A DNA stretch of 64,000 bases, from contig OY986948.1 in NCBI GenBank assembly GCA_963920595.1, positions 1,302,001 through 1,366,000 on the forward strand, given 5' to 3'. The stretch is from Eimeria praecox. Its lineage: Eukaryota. The position numbers were made by a program, and so were the translations under genes. The notes beneath the pieces were generated by a model. That model saw only the letters and a list, made by a program, of their open reading frames with translations, did no database searches and was not told the DNA's origin. This document shows positions 63,570 to 64,000 of the stretch, one piece after another (positions within the stretch are counted from its first letter, which is position 1; each line of letters opens with the position of its first letter).

Positions 63570-63649
63570 CCGCAGCAAAGTCCGTATCCTCTCCATGAGA
63601 AGAAGATGTTGGCGAGAAGATTTGAAGCTGCAGCAACAGGTATCTTCTC
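59103..63649 (-). CDS. PSMB5: Proteasome subunit beta type-5, 3' portion (5' exons lie beyond the window end). Exons 63649-63571, 62721-62649, 62338-62264, 61290-61199, 60781-60695, probable last exon 59125-59103
   Basis: Spliced peptide [135 protein letters not shown] closely matches the beta-5 consensus ([23 protein letters not shown]). Confidence 0.95.
61437..61900. repeat. (ATATAAT)n heptamer tract in a PSMB5 intron
   Basis: Directly visible. Confidence 0.92.
62935..63425. repeat. (AAATAT)n hexamer tract with periodic AACTGT interruptions in a PSMB5 intron
   Basis: Directly visible. Confidence 0.9.
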
Positions 63650-63789
63650 CTGTGTTTAAATACAACAAACAAAATATATTTTTATATTGTAGTATTTTAT
63701 TAGTATATTATTATTATAGTATTATATTATCATAGTATTATATTACTATACTATTATAGCATTATATTATATTATTAGATTGTAATAAA

Positions 63790-63834
<45 letters not shown>

Positions 63835-64000
63835 TACATATATATATAGTATACATATATATACATACATATATTATAGAGACAAACAACAGAAAGATAA
63901 AGTAAAGAGTCAAATACATCAAATAAACAAACACAAAAAACAAATACAACAAATAAAAATAAAATAAACGAAGAAAAAATACAAATATAAATAAATATAA

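Overview
Eukaryotic, intron-rich genomic DNA with the hallmarks of a coccidian (Eimeria-like) parasite: pervasive (CAG)n tracts, interstitial telomere-like (TTTAGGG/AAACCCT)n arrays, TGCATGCA repeats and AT-rich microsatellite-filled introns. Most ORFs in the supplied track are repeat artefacts. Manual splicing gives seven gene models. (1) A polyQ/polyA hypothetical protein (-). (2) A secreted multi-PAN/apple-domain protein (-), whose frame needs an 8-nt micro-exon. (3) A very large trehalose-6-phosphate synthase (GT20)-like protein with degenerate catalytic motifs (-). (4) A divergent OMP-decarboxylase-like protein (+). (5) A multi-pass membrane protein (-). (6) A Cys/His zinc-finger-like protein (+). 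(7) The 3' part of proteasome subunit beta-5 (-). A ~10.8 kb satellite with apparent higher-order structure lies at 47.6-58.5 kb. The most striking unexplained pattern is 'exon-end echoes': in seven introns of four genes, the last ~20-70 nt of the upstream exon, usually with its 5' splice site, is re-copied 1-7 times into the intron. The most distal copy tends to be the most diverged and many differences are synonymous. All coordinates and gene models were derived by eye and need RNA-seq and raw-read confirmation.
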